A stretch of 64,000 nucleotides of DNA from Oopsacas minuta (lineage: Eukaryota > Animalia > Porifera): positions 124,001 to 188,000 of the forward strand of contig JAKMXF010000297.1 in assembly GCA_024704765.1 (NCBI GenBank). The letters are read 5' to 3'. This document shows, piece by piece, positions 22,423 to 33,840 of the stretch. The notes beneath the pieces are model-generated. The model had not been told where the DNA came from. It searched no databases and saw nothing but the letters and a program-made list of their open reading frames with translations. The translations under genes were made by a program, and so were the position numbers. How positions within the stretch are numbered: position 1 is the first letter of the stretch; each line of letters starts with the position of its first letter.

Positions 22423-22922
22423 TTGATTTTAATCTAGCTGTGGTTTTGAGTTTTGTTATGGCCTAATAAATCAAAGCTTGTAGATATGTTAATATACTCC
22501 TTTGATATTTATAATTAATTAAATAATTATTCGAGAATACAAAATTGAGACTACAAAATTGTTACTTAACTAGCTTGTTAATTTCTATACATGTGCTGTT
22601 ATATTTAATTACCTTTGATTAAAAGTTCAAATAACTACCAAAAGTGTTGGTTAACAGCATGAACTTACATTTATGGAATTCCATAAAACAAAATAGTTTG
22701 CAGTTTCTTTTCAATTGGATCTGATGCAAATTAGATAGTTCCGGTGGCTACTATTATTTTCTTTTCAAATGTTACATATTGCCTCTACGTTGTAATGATT
22801 AAAACATGATTATAAGCCAACTAGATTGTATGTTAAACATTATACAACCAAATTAATTACCTTGTAATGATGCTAGTAATTCACATATGCGAGTTGACCA
22901 TTTAATCTCTAATACGTATTAA

Positions 22923-23051
22923 CCGAATATGTTTTAAGCTCGTAATGAAAAGGAACACTAAAATTTTACCAATTGCCGCACCAAAAACGAGATTTTAGAA
23001 CCTTTTTGATGTCATAAAAATAAAATTACTTATTTTCCTGGCCGTATTTGG
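22923..23051. mobile_element. piggyBac-like MITE, copy 1
   Basis: TTAA on both sides, CC...GG termini (ccgaata / tatttgg); internal sequence shared with the copy at 30310. Confidence 0.7.
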
Positions 23052-23540
23052 TTAAGGTATTTCCTTTGGGTACTCTTATCTTTCCCCCTTGGAGCATGGA
23101 ATATCAACTTAATGATGGTGTCGGACGTCCATTTACGGTTATTAATTAACCCTAGTGCACGTATGGTTACAAGCGTAACGTCAGCGATTCGATTCATTTG
23201 CAGCCATGAACTCTTTAACTATTCAAAGTTAATATTTTCTACCAAATAAATTAATAAATACCACGAGTTTTATACAATTATTTTCGCAAAATAGAAAATC
23301 ATCGGGGCTTATACAAGGGTGTAATCTCGAAAATTGCTTATAGTAATGGAGAGAATGACTTTTGCAGTGCTCTCCAACCCAATATATCTAGTTGTATTTC
23401 AATATATCCCCCTCTAGGAAAAGCACTAAAATTGCTCAGCCCCCGGTAAACACTGAGTCCTCGATGATATTAAATCTATGAGAGAAAACCTCTTATACAT
23501 GTAATTAATATGAATTGTTCTAACTTCTCGATACATACAA

Positions 23541-24926
23541 TTAGTTGTATTGTGGTTTTTCCACTGGAGTCTTGTGCGCTAGATACAAACATCCCATACT
23601 GATGAGTGCACTAATCAGGAAAATCAAATCGAACCACTTATGATAAATATCAAATTGTAGATCTCCGAATACGCTAGTAATAGATTTCCTGTATTTTAAA
23701 GGTAGGTTCATCCTCATAAGCAATATTGTAGAAACGAAATACATTCCCATTATCTCAGCCAAGAACAGAACTATTAGATTACTCGACCGAGTGCTAGACA
23801 CATTGGAGAATAGTTTGGAAAATGTTAACAGTAAACCTCTTATAGATGTTATAACGATAACACCTACCATCAAAAATGAAATGAACTGATTCCAGAATGT
23901 GACGTCTACATTTATCTTCAAATATATCACCATTATTTCCAAGGTTCTAGAGATTGGATCCTTTTTACCTACACGTTGCAATAAAATATTTATTGTAGTC
24001 ATGATTAGCTTGTAACAGCAGTAAGCAGAGAATATGTAACCAACTGCATTGAAGTATTTTCCTTTTAGTGTTTTAGAAAATTCCATTCGTTCCCTAATTG
24101 AATGTAATTCAACTGTTTCTAGGAATAGTTGTCTAGCTAATTCTTCTAGTGATTTTATCTCTGTGGTCAGCTGTCTCGAATCCTGTGAACCCCATCCGCC
24201 AGAAAAATACCCCATTAATCGTCCAAACACCTGCCCTGTCCCTGACCTATTAGCAATTGGTTGGTATGATTCATTATCTAGTAAGACAAGTTTCTTCTTC
24301 TTTACCAAAATGTGTTTCTCCGTTTCAAGTAGTTTGTTTTCCATAGCCTCAATACTCTTCTCATCAATCGGCTTTATAAAATAAGACATGTATGTGTAAG
24401 GAGCATTTACTGCTCCAAAACCGGACAGAGCTCCGATCAAGGTTACGCCCAAAATTCCGATCCTACTAATGCACTGCTCAAGTGATAATAGAAAACCGTC
24501 TCCACTCAAATTAGTGAATGGTTGATCTAGCTTCCAGAATATATACATGAATGTTAGCCATCCTATGACAGATATTATGCGTTGATGTTTTGGCTTGGAT
24601 ATGAAGGGAATCATAGTGGCAAGAAGATAGGCGAAATACATTGGAAGAATGACAATAAGGACAATCGTTATGCCAGTCAAACTCACAGTCCAATAAACTT
24701 CTTTTGAAAGATAGTGAACATAACTGAGTATATCCAATATTATTAGCTCAAACAGTGTACAGGAAAGTGAGAAAGTTATTGAGAATAATGCTTGAACGAT
24801 TCCATTGTGTACTTCATAATTTGCAAAAAGCTGCTTCATAAAAAATACCCATCCAATTGCAAAAAATACCACTTGTGAAGCAAAAATGCACAAACAGTCA
24901 GTTACCAGCTGACCGATATCATCCAT
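23541..24926 (-). CDS. GPR89: Golgi pH regulator (GPHR)
   Basis: FSITFSLSCTLFELIILDI, SRIGILGVTLIGALSGFGAVNAPYTYMSYF, KDPISRTLE, YHKWFDLIFLISAL; ATG at 24926 (track start is TTG). Confidence 0.95.
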   Translation of the reverse strand: MDDIGQLVTDCLCIFASQVVFFAIGWVFFMKQLFANYEVHNGIVQALFSITFSLSCTLFELIILDILSYVHYLSKEVYWTVSLTGITIVLIVILPMYFAYLLATMIPFISKPKHQRIISVIGWLTFMYIFWKLDQPFTNLSGDGFLLSLEQCISRIGILGVTLIGALSGFGAVNAPYTYMSYFIKPIDEKSIEAMENKLLETEKHILVKKKKLVLLDNESYQPIANRSGTGQVFGRLMGYFSGGWGSQDSRQLTTEIKSLEELARQLFLETVELHSIRERMEFSKTLKGKYFNAVGYIFSAYCCYKLIMTTINILLQRVGKKDPISRTLEIMVIYLKINVDVTFWNQFISFLMVGVIVITSIRGLLLTFSKLFSNVSSTRSSNLIVLFLAEIMGMYFVSTILLMRMNLPLKYRKSITSVFGDLQFDIYHKWFDLIFLISALISMGCLYLAHKTPVEKPQYN

Positions 24927-26116
24927 TGAATCCAATGTGTTGTGTTTGTAATGAATTGATGGATTGTGACTATAAAATGGATATAGATTGTGGTTCTACT
25001 ATATAAGCAGGCATATAATTTTGTGTAAACCTGCCAGCTTAAATTCACAACCAAATACTATGGAATGTCAATAGCAAATTTATTAGAAAGATGTCCCACA
25101 TAAAGGGTGCATTTCTCCGCCAACGTCGTGATTTATTATTATTATATTTCAAAAGCTATCTTCAAATATTGAACATGTTGTGTTGCAATGTGACTCTGTA
25201 TTAGGAGAATCAATGGAAGATAGTATTTTACCGACAGCGAAATTGGTCTCTAGCAAAAGATGACCACAAAAATTCCTGTGAGCTCAACAAAATAGTGCTA
25301 AGATATTTTGTTGTTTGTAAGAGATCGTTAATGGCTATACTCAAAATACTTTATCATCGTCATATCCATATATTCAGATGGTGTACTAAAGTGCTACTTC
25401 TTGTGTGATTTAATTAATTCATGAAACGTAGCACTACATGTTACATTAAAAACTAATAAGGAAGATATGTAGCTATGAATATGTCCCCATAACGCTTGAC
25501 GTGTTTGTTAGTGTTGAAAACAGCAGAATATGTGCATGCACGTTGACTTGACTTTTGTGTGCATGCACAATTGTACATTGCACACCTGACTAGTTAATTT
25601 ATACAAACTCAGATTCATAAACCATTGCATTATGGTAGGATTGAAGTATACTGGGTCATCTCCCAGCCTTCATCTGCACCTGATTTTGTAATAATGTTAT
25701 GACTTTGTTATCAACTTATCATCCATCATCTGCATCTGTGGAATTTATATTTCAGTACTCGTATTCATTCGCATTCATACCATGCATAAGTAGAAAGTTT
25801 CCCAATTATTAAACTACTTACTAATCATTGCTATGGACTAGCCTAGGCGGCTAGGCTAGGCTCAATGCTTACAGACTCTACTTTCAATACCTTCAGTAAC
25901 TCGCCACCCTCTAGTATCTCGGATTATTCAGTGATCCCAGAGATTGTTAGTTTTTATATTTTGACAAAATGATTTGTTAAATAGCGTTATCAAGGGTTGT
26001 AACAGCTACAAGCGTTTCTTTATAATCCAGCACCTGTGATTTTATAAATTTATACATAGATACGCAATTTATATGAATGATTTTATTTATGATAGCTGAT
26101 TACACTAATTGATTCA

Positions 26117-28915
26117 ATGACCACCAAACCTCAGACTGCTAATCTATTCGGCAATGAATGGGCACGTGATATCAACATGTTTCTTGCCAATCCTACCAGT
26201 TTCATAAGTAAGTCTAGCAAAACTACAGATCTCCTCATCGACGACATGCTGATGATAATATCGACTAGCTCAACTATTCTATCACTTAAACTTGCTATAT
26301 TGCATGTATTCCTAAATGTTGAGCTTTTTCAGACTAGCAAGAGCTATTTAACAAAGATTGTTACGGCACTAGAATACTTGTCTTCCCAGTTTGTAGAACA
26401 AAAAGACAATCTTTTCCTCCACCAGCTACTGGCTGCACTGACTACCTTATCAATTGAGTTAGATGAACGTTTTTTACATGACTCAATTCAACTTACAAAA
26501 TGTGTGGATCTGCTCCTGATACAGGCTAACCAGGTAGCAGACGGTACTCGTAGTGAGCGAGTACTCGTCAGATCAGCAGCATGTATCTGTCTGTCTGAAT
26601 TAGAAGAGGTGTATCCTGGTATTTTGTACTCTAAACTCAGTTATCTATTCCAGTACTGTCAGCTGGAGAAGACATTCATAAGACAGTATTATTTATCTCT
26701 ATTCTGTACTGTATTACGTCACTCTCTTCTCAAGTTTAAATCTATTGAGTTTGAGGAACAAGCGAATAGCTTACAATTCTTTTTTAGTCCAACTACGGTA
26801 CTCATCCCTTTTATACCCCCTAAGAATTTTCGCGAGGAGAGTGCGCACTTACTCTGTTCCTCAGTAGATTGTGTCATGAGCCCTAACCTTGAGAAGGTGG
26901 ATCTCAAGAAGTCATTCTCCACCCTCCTAGACGCCTCTACGAATATGACCCACACCATGCTAGCTAACACCATGCATAAACTCTCCGATTGCGTTCTCCT
27001 AGCAGGTACACACCCCTCTATCCTGAAGATACTATACCATCGCTACATACACTCATCCAGTATTGTACTCCTCCAGCTGGTGTACTCGCTTAAAGCCAAG
27101 TTCGGACGAGAGCTTTTCGATATTGCAGAAGAGTCTAGTTTCGAGAGGAGTATCTTCTGGGCGCTGAATAATCCGCACAACCTCAACCCACACACCCTCT
27201 TACTCTACACCTGGCTTATACACTTTCCTATTCTAGACCCTATTACTCACCGTGAGGATAATAGAGTACCGAATGGTCTCCCGCTTTTTCAACTCTGCTA
27301 CCCTACTCCTTTCGACTCCATTGACTTGACGGTACGCTGTTTCCATCTCTTTTCTGCTTCAGAGCTTATCCTTGAGGAGCCTCGCTCAATTAACACTCAT
27401 CTCTCAGTATTAGTACAGAGAGTCAAGTCACAACCTGGATCATACGCGACTGCTGCATTCTTTCACACTCTCTATCTATTCTTACACCGTTCACACCCTG
27501 CTTTAATGATTCAATCTATACGTGTTATCCTCACAGATCTATATCTATCCTATCCTATGCTAGCTCCTTATCTGATCAATTTCATGTTGGTGATAACCTC
27601 AATAGTTCCAGCTAATAATTTTGCTATACCAATGCTCAGCTATATAGTCAAACACCTGCAAACACTGAGACAGGTACGAACAGCTGATCTCATGTTCCAT
27701 CTACAGCTCGTAGAGTATGCAGCCCTAACCCCCAAATTCAATTTAGACAGTCTCTTGGTTCTACTGCACTCCGTTTTACAACCTGAAGTCCTGGAGGAGG
27801 GAGATTGGCATTTAGGTCACACAATTTTAGATGTGTGTAGAGCGTTGTTACTAGGAATCCATTCAGATTCTCAATTCCAGAGAGCTTGTGCACTACTATA
27901 CCGAATCCGGGCTAAATATACTGATGTTGATGTGTGTAATGAAGCTGGGTTTCTATTGATATTAATTACATCTGTTTCAACCAAAAAATATCGACCTCTC
28001 CTGTCCAAAGCGAGTGAGACTAACGCAGAGCCGTCTCTTAAAGATCTGGTGGTAGGCACCACATTCCAACTGACTGCTCCTATCACTCACATCCCAGAAG
28101 TAATTCTACAACTCGAGAAGATGCCAAACAAGACATCCTCCTCTTCGACTGCTTATAGCAATCCTCCAACTGTGACTAGAGATCCTACAGAAATACTCAA
28201 ACAGTATTTAACTGCTACAGATCAATTGATAGATACCAGTTTCCAATTGAATTTTAACCTAAGTTACGCCCCTCATGCAAAACCTAGTACTTCAATGCAG
28301 ACTATTTATGCTATCTCTCTTCATTTGAGTGATAATCCTCACTACCATCCTACAGCTAGTATTACTATACCAAAGCTTGTATACAAAGCCCCATCTGAAA
28401 ATGATAAGAGGAATGTTTCATTTGAATTCAGACCAAAACTTCCATTTCCAGCACAATTTTCTGTTTCTGCCATATTCTCTCTCCAGGACGGAGCAACCTA
28501 CCAAACCCCGCTCGCTCATCTTGAGGTCTCATTCTCAGACTTAGTACTCCCTATCCCTCTCCCTCAGGAAATTAGTGAACAAGATACCCCCGCCCTCTTT
28601 GAGGCTCTCTGGTCCCATCTCTCTAGAAAATGTTTCTCCGAGAAGAATACGGAGTCTAAATGTACTGAGAGTTTCATCAAGCTCAACAAACCTTCTGAAA
28701 GTGTTACACGTATTCTCTTACACACATTGTCTCCTAACATAGTGACGTCATCTGATAATTTAATACAGCTGTTATTGTATATCCCGCCCAGACACCATAT
28801 CCTAATGAAGGCTCGTGTTTCCCCAGACAGCACTGACGTGAGTATCCTCACAGATGAATGGAGACTGCTCTCCTATTTCAATCAGTATATGCACACTCTC
28901 CTCGCTCAGATGTAA
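26117..28915 (+). CDS. AP5B1: AP-5 complex subunit beta-1
   Basis: Helical solenoid with RSAACICLSELEEVYPGIL (AP5B1 RAxACECLRELE motif), C-terminal FEALW and LLYIPPRHHILM; size about 930 aa. Confidence 0.78.
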   Translation: MTTKPQTANLFGNEWARDINMFLANPTSFISKSSKTTDLLIDDMLMIISTSSTILSLKLAILHVFLNVELFQTSKSYLTKIVTALEYLSSQFVEQKDNLFLHQLLAALTTLSIELDERFLHDSIQLTKCVDLLLIQANQVADGTRSERVLVRSAACICLSELEEVYPGILYSKLSYLFQYCQLEKTFIRQYYLSLFCTVLRHSLLKFKSIEFEEQANSLQFFFSPTTVLIPFIPPKNFREESAHLLCSSVDCVMSPNLEKVDLKKSFSTLLDASTNMTHTMLANTMHKLSDCVLLAGTHPSILKILYHRYIHSSSIVLLQLVYSLKAKFGRELFDIAEESSFERSIFWALNNPHNLNPHTLLLYTWLIHFPILDPITHREDNRVPNGLPLFQLCYPTPFDSIDLTVRCFHLFSASELILEEPRSINTHLSVLVQRVKSQPGSYATAAFFHTLYLFLHRSHPALMIQSIRVILTDLYLSYPMLAPYLINFMLVITSIVPANNFAIPMLSYIVKHLQTLRQVRTADLMFHLQLVEYAALTPKFNLDSLLVLLHSVLQPEVLEEGDWHLGHTILDVCRALLLGIHSDSQFQRACALLYRIRAKYTDVDVCNEAGFLLILITSVSTKKYRPLLSKASETNAEPSLKDLVVGTTFQLTAPITHIPEVILQLEKMPNKTSSSSTAYSNPPTVTRDPTEILKQYLTATDQLIDTSFQLNFNLSYAPHAKPSTSMQTIYAISLHLSDNPHYHPTASITIPKLVYKAPSENDKRNVSFEFRPKLPFPAQFSVSAIFSLQDGATYQTPLAHLEVSFSDLVLPIPLPQEISEQDTPALFEALWSHLSRKCFSEKNTESKCTESFIKLNKPSESVTRILLHTLSPNIVTSSDNLIQLLLYIPPRHHILMKARVSPDSTDVSILTDEWRLLSYFNQYMHTLLAQM

Positions 28916-29046
28916 TAGTTCTGCTAGTGTTAATGCTGTTTATTTTATATTATTCGAATGAGATGAATATATCCGTTAGTTAGCATATTCTCAATACTTA
29001 ACTTATTTAGTTAACATTTCTTGTAGAACTCACTATTAGAGTTAGA

Positions 29047-29688
29047 ATGGAATGGGAAACTCTATCACTCACTTGTGTAGAGCATCAGAAAGATGATCTA
29101 TTTGCAAAGTTAATGGCTCTATTCTCTCTCTCTCCTCTTGTCATTTCTATATCATTAGCTACATTTATGTTTTGTAAGCGTGATACTTACTCAATAATAT
29201 TCTCTATCGGATTAGTATTGAACTTCGTCATGGTGCAAGTTGAGAAGATCATTATAAAAGAACCACGTCCCCCTGGTGGTCCTGGAGAGCGTTCCCTCTT
29301 TCAATACGGTATGCCTTCTATGCATTGTCAGTTCGTTTCATTTTTTGCTCTTTTTCTTACTCTAAGTATCATCCTGCGTTGGAAAATGAGCCTCTCATCC
29401 AAATCCTTCTATTTATTTGCCATAAACGTTATACTGTTCGGTACATGTGTGAGTAGAGTATATTTATTGTACCATACAGTTAGACAAGTTATTGTGGGTG
29501 TGGTTGTTGGTGCTTGTTTAGGAGTGACATGGTATTACCTTACTAAATGGGTGAGCTATTATGTAAATAGATTTATTTTATCATCAACAATTGCTGAGTA
29601 TTTCTGTATTCGAAATCTTGGGCATTTAGAGGATGCTACACAGTTTGAATATGATATTGCAATGAGAAGTCTTATGAAAAACCAATAA
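29047..29688 (+). CDS. DOLPP1: Dolichyldiphosphatase 1 (PAP2 family)
   Basis: WETLSLTCVEH...DLFAKLMALFSLSP N-terminus, KIIIKEPRP, YGMPSMHCQF, SRVYLLYHTVRQV. Confidence 0.9.
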   Translation: MEWETLSLTCVEHQKDDLFAKLMALFSLSPLVISISLATFMFCKRDTYSIIFSIGLVLNFVMVQVEKIIIKEPRPPGGPGERSLFQYGMPSMHCQFVSFFALFLTLSIILRWKMSLSSKSFYLFAINVILFGTCVSRVYLLYHTVRQVIVGVVVGACLGVTWYYLTKWVSYYVNRFILSSTIAEYFCIRNLGHLEDATQFEYDIAMRSLMKNQ

Positions 29689-30309
29689 TGACATTTATTT
29701 GTATATTGTTTATTTCAAGTTTATAGAAATTATCAAGGTTTTCTTACGAGTCACCTAAATAAACCATTTTCAATCCGTTGTCCCAGTTATTATTGTTTTA
29801 TTAAATTGGTTCCCTCGAACTTTTATGTATATTACATTATTTATTGTAAGTCTGTAACGCCAAGGTGTTGTTTATGAAAATACACTGAGTGGCTGAATTA
29901 CCCCATTGTAATGTCTACTTAGTATGGCTAGAAAACAATAAATCGGTTGCTTTCTTAGAAATGTGTAGTCTTTCAACGCTGTGTATATGCTGAGATCAGT
30001 TGATTGTTATCCATGTGGTCTACGAGTTCATTTTAGAATAGGTATATGAATGCACTTCCTCGAATATGCTGATATATATCACAATTGAGCTGTATTGTGT
30101 TTTCAGGTTATACGAACCTTCTCAATGTGATAGAACAATTAAACTTGGTTATGACGACTTGATATTATTTTTCCTAATCCTTATTATACTCCCATTTCAT
30201 TATCAAGAGAAGATTCGGTGAAAAATAGTAAATCAATTCTCCACCCTCAAATTTGAACAATTGAATGTCCCATATTTCTAATCTGTTTGAACATAGCCAA
30301 GTTAATTAA

Positions 30310-30453
30310 CCGATTACTGCATAAGTGTTACGTTCGTAACGAAAAGGAACACTTAATTTTTAACACTTCGTTTTAATCAATTCCCGCACCAAAAAGACGA
30401 ATTTTAGCACCTTTTTGACGTCATAAAATTATACATTTCCTGGCAGTATTCGG
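30310..30453. mobile_element. piggyBac-like MITE, copy 2
   Basis: TTAA at 30306-30309 and 30454-30457; TIR ccgattactgc / gcagtattcgg; shares gaaaaggaacact and cctttttga[t/c]gtcataaaa with copy 1. Confidence 0.75.
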
Positions 30454-30516
30454 TTAAGAATTGCTATGATCAACCAGAATTATCACAATACACTATACTT
30501 ATATTAAGGTAGCTTC

Positions 30517-33357
30517 ATGTATAATATCCCATTATATCTATCCGCTATCTTATTCTCGTTCTCCGTATGGAACATTGTCGCAGAGGAGTACAGCAATTCA
30601 TGGGCAGTCAGAATCAATGGAGGACACGAAGTAGCAAACCAAATAGCAAAAAGACACGGGTTTAAGTTCGTTAGTCAGACACCTTTTGATGATATTTATC
30701 ATTTCAAATCTCCGATACATCCCGAGAGATCAAGAAGAGCAGCTACTTACCATCACAACAAGCTTAAATCAGATCCCCAGATTCTACATGCAGATCAACA
30801 AGTAATAAAGACAAGACATAAGAGAGATCTGGTAGAACCAGCCCCTAGTTCTGAATCGTCCAAGCCTGAACTATCCTACTCTCCTCCTGTAGACCCATAT
30901 TGGTCACATCAATGGTATCTCCAGGCTACTGAAACCACCATGAATGTGATACCTGCATGGATAATGGGAGTCAGTGGTAAGGGTGTGGTTGTTTCAGTAT
31001 TAGATGATGGACTTGAGTATAAACACAGTGACCTACAAGCTAACTACGATCCACACGCTAGTTTTGATTACAACAGTGAAGACACAGACCCGTCTCCTCG
31101 TCCTGACTACTCTAATACTAACAAACATGGTACCAGGTGTGCTGGAGAGATAGCAGCACTTAAGAACGATCTTTGTATAACTGGTATAGCATTCAATTCC
31201 TCTATAGGAGGTATCCGTATGCTAGATGGTGCTGTTACGGACATGGTAGAGGGATCTAGTTTGGGTTACAGACCTCAGCATATAGACATATACAGCAGCT
31301 CTTGGGGACCTGAAGATGATGGGAGGACAGTAGATGGTCCAGGTAGCCTCGCTAAGAAAGCATTTGAAGACGGTGTGAATAGAGGGAGGTCTGGATTAGG
31401 ATCAATATTCGTATGGGCCTCTGGAAATGGTGGAATACATGATTCATGTAACTGTGATGGTTATGCTCTATCTATATACACAATATCAGTGAGTTCAGTC
31501 TCTCAATCGAATGACAGTCCATGGTACTCTGAGAAGTGCTCATCTACTCTTACTTCTACCTACTCATCAGGACAGAACTCACAGGGTAAAGTCATTAGTA
31601 CTGATTTAAAGAATTCATGCACTACTCAGCATACGGGTACAAGTGCTAGTGCTCCAATGGCTGCTGGTATCCTGGCTCTAGCTCTTGAAGTAAATCCTCA
31701 TCTAACATGGAGGGATATTCAGCATTTAGTGGTGCTATCCTCTAGAAGTAATGGACTGCATGGTACTTGGACTAAGAATGCGATGGGCTATAAGGTATCT
31801 CCTGAGTTTGGATTTGGTGTGTTGGATACATACACTCTGATTAATCGTGCTCGTAACTGGATAACTGTAGGAGATCAGCATTCATGTTCTGAGCAGCCAG
31901 ATGCCGATCAACCCATGTCATTATCTGGAAAAAACACAATATTGATTAAGACTACAACTGATGGTTGTAACTACAGTCAGGAGAAAGACACTCACGTTAA
32001 TTCGCTTGAACATGTCCAAGTTATATTATCACTGACTATCAACAGTGGTACACGAGGTAAGATCGAGATATCTCTTTGTTCACCAGCAGGAACGAAATCT
32101 GTAATTCTCCAGAACAGGATATACGACACAAACAAACAGGGATTTAATCAATGGCCGCTAATGAGTACACATTTCTGGGGGGAGAGACCTCAAGGGGAGT
32201 GGCAGCTATCTATTACTTCTACTGACTACACGACAGCTACTGTTGGATCAATTGAATTTGTATTTTATGGGACCAATGAACAGCCTCCCTCCCTCGATTG
32301 TATCCCAGATAGCTGTCACTCTGAATGTATATCTTCTTGTGCAAATGAATTAAGTTCCGGTTGTGACACCTGCAAGAACTATAGGATACGTGATACATGG
32401 GATTGTGTGACAGAATGTCCGTCTGGCTATTACCCTGATACAATTAATAAAGTATGTTTAAACTGCTCACTTAATTGTAACAAGTGTAATTCTACACATC
32501 CAACTGTGTGTGTGGAATGTAAACAGAACTTTACACTAACTAATAACAGCTGTAGTCCTCTATGCCCAGCTGGGTCCTATTTCAATCACGATTCAGATTT
32601 TCACTGTCAACCTTGTCACGAATCCTGTCTCGCTTGTATTGGTGGTGACAATAGAGAATGCACTAGTTGTAGTGTAGGTCTTTTCCCTTTAGATGGTGTA
32701 TGCATTGATCCAGTCACTGAGTGTGGAGATCGGATGTATAAGGATAGTTATAGCAGCTGTAAGCCTTGTCCTCTTGGCTGTCTCAGATGTACCTCTCATG
32801 ACAACTGCTTGGAATGTACAAAGGAAAGTCATAGTTTAGAACACATGTGTAATATGGACTGTCCTGGTGGATTCTTCTACCAAAAGGCAACACACAAATG
32901 TGAGGAGTGTCATCCGACTTGTCTCACTTGCATGAATGGTAGTGATCCCACTGACTGCTTAACTTGTACTGATGGGTATCAGCTGAGTCTGGAGAAAGCT
33001 TGTCTACCATGTTGCGATTTTAAACACCTTTTAACAGCCTGTTGCAACTGCACTCGTGATCCTAAGGTCTCATTCAAAAACACTTGTTCTCTTATTAAAC
33101 TGAGGGAAGAGTCACTTCTTGGTGAGCTACGTTACATCTTGATGCATACTAAGCCTAATACTTTGATTGGATGGCTCGTTGCTTTCTTCGTTATCCTTGT
33201 AATCGGAGTTATATTTTTGTTCTTCTCCTTCCTTTACATATTCCCAAAGACTAAGAACTGCTGTCCCAAATCAAAGGTATACAATGCTCTACCCATAAAC
33301 CATTTCCAATCTTTGGAAGATATGCAAGAGATGAACTTCAACAAGTATGAGTCATGA
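30517..33357 (+). CDS. Proprotein convertase subtilisin/kexin type 5/6-like (furin family), membrane-anchored
   Basis: Signal and propeptide ending RHKR; catalytic LDDG, HGTRCAGE, GTSASAP; P domain; furin-like Cys-rich repeats; TM; cytosolic YNAL. Confidence 0.92.
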   Translation: MYNIPLYLSAILFSFSVWNIVAEEYSNSWAVRINGGHEVANQIAKRHGFKFVSQTPFDDIYHFKSPIHPERSRRAATYHHNKLKSDPQILHADQQVIKTRHKRDLVEPAPSSESSKPELSYSPPVDPYWSHQWYLQATETTMNVIPAWIMGVSGKGVVVSVLDDGLEYKHSDLQANYDPHASFDYNSEDTDPSPRPDYSNTNKHGTRCAGEIAALKNDLCITGIAFNSSIGGIRMLDGAVTDMVEGSSLGYRPQHIDIYSSSWGPEDDGRTVDGPGSLAKKAFEDGVNRGRSGLGSIFVWASGNGGIHDSCNCDGYALSIYTISVSSVSQSNDSPWYSEKCSSTLTSTYSSGQNSQGKVISTDLKNSCTTQHTGTSASAPMAAGILALALEVNPHLTWRDIQHLVVLSSRSNGLHGTWTKNAMGYKVSPEFGFGVLDTYTLINRARNWITVGDQHSCSEQPDADQPMSLSGKNTILIKTTTDGCNYSQEKDTHVNSLEHVQVILSLTINSGTRGKIEISLCSPAGTKSVILQNRIYDTNKQGFNQWPLMSTHFWGERPQGEWQLSITSTDYTTATVGSIEFVFYGTNEQPPSLDCIPDSCHSECISSCANELSSGCDTCKNYRIRDTWDCVTECPSGYYPDTINKVCLNCSLNCNKCNSTHPTVCVECKQNFTLTNNSCSPLCPAGSYFNHDSDFHCQPCHESCLACIGGDNRECTSCSVGLFPLDGVCIDPVTECGDRMYKDSYSSCKPCPLGCLRCTSHDNCLECTKESHSLEHMCNMDCPGGFFYQKATHKCEECHPTCLTCMNGSDPTDCLTCTDGYQLSLEKACLPCCDFKHLLTACCNCTRDPKVSFKNTCSLIKLREESLLGELRYILMHTKPNTLIGWLVAFFVILVIGVIFLFFSFLYIFPKTKNCCPKSKVYNALPINHFQSLEDMQEMNFNKYES

Positions 33358-33840
33358 TGTAACTCTAATATTCTTACTCATACGCACAGTATTACCATTA
33401 AATTCTTGTTCTTATTAAGTAATGTTATGCAAGGAATCCTCAATTTTATGGAAATTCCCTTGCTGTTGTGTGAAATATTTTTAGCAAATTTGCTTCTGTG
33501 AATCTGTAACAATAACCTGTTACAATGTTCTTTATATTATTTAATTATTCACTGTCTTATACTTTATGAGAATATAGTTAGGGAAATTCAAAAGCAGTAT
33601 AGGTCTCTTGTGAATCCTCTTATTATATAAGTTTAAAGTTCATTTAATATCAAGTATCTAATCACAAACAATTTTGGTCCCCAGAGGATTAATAATATGC
33701 AGCTAGTGGCAACAATTGTACTATACTATGCACTGCAATGTCGTTACAATACACACGCTCAGTTTATGTTTCGTTATTGTATTTTACTGCTATAACTTGT
33801 GTCGTATTTATATACTTTATCCTAATTATATAATTTCAAA

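Noticed and set aside
23300-23445. Possible TIR pair ggggct...agcccc
   Set aside because: Match too short, no target duplication
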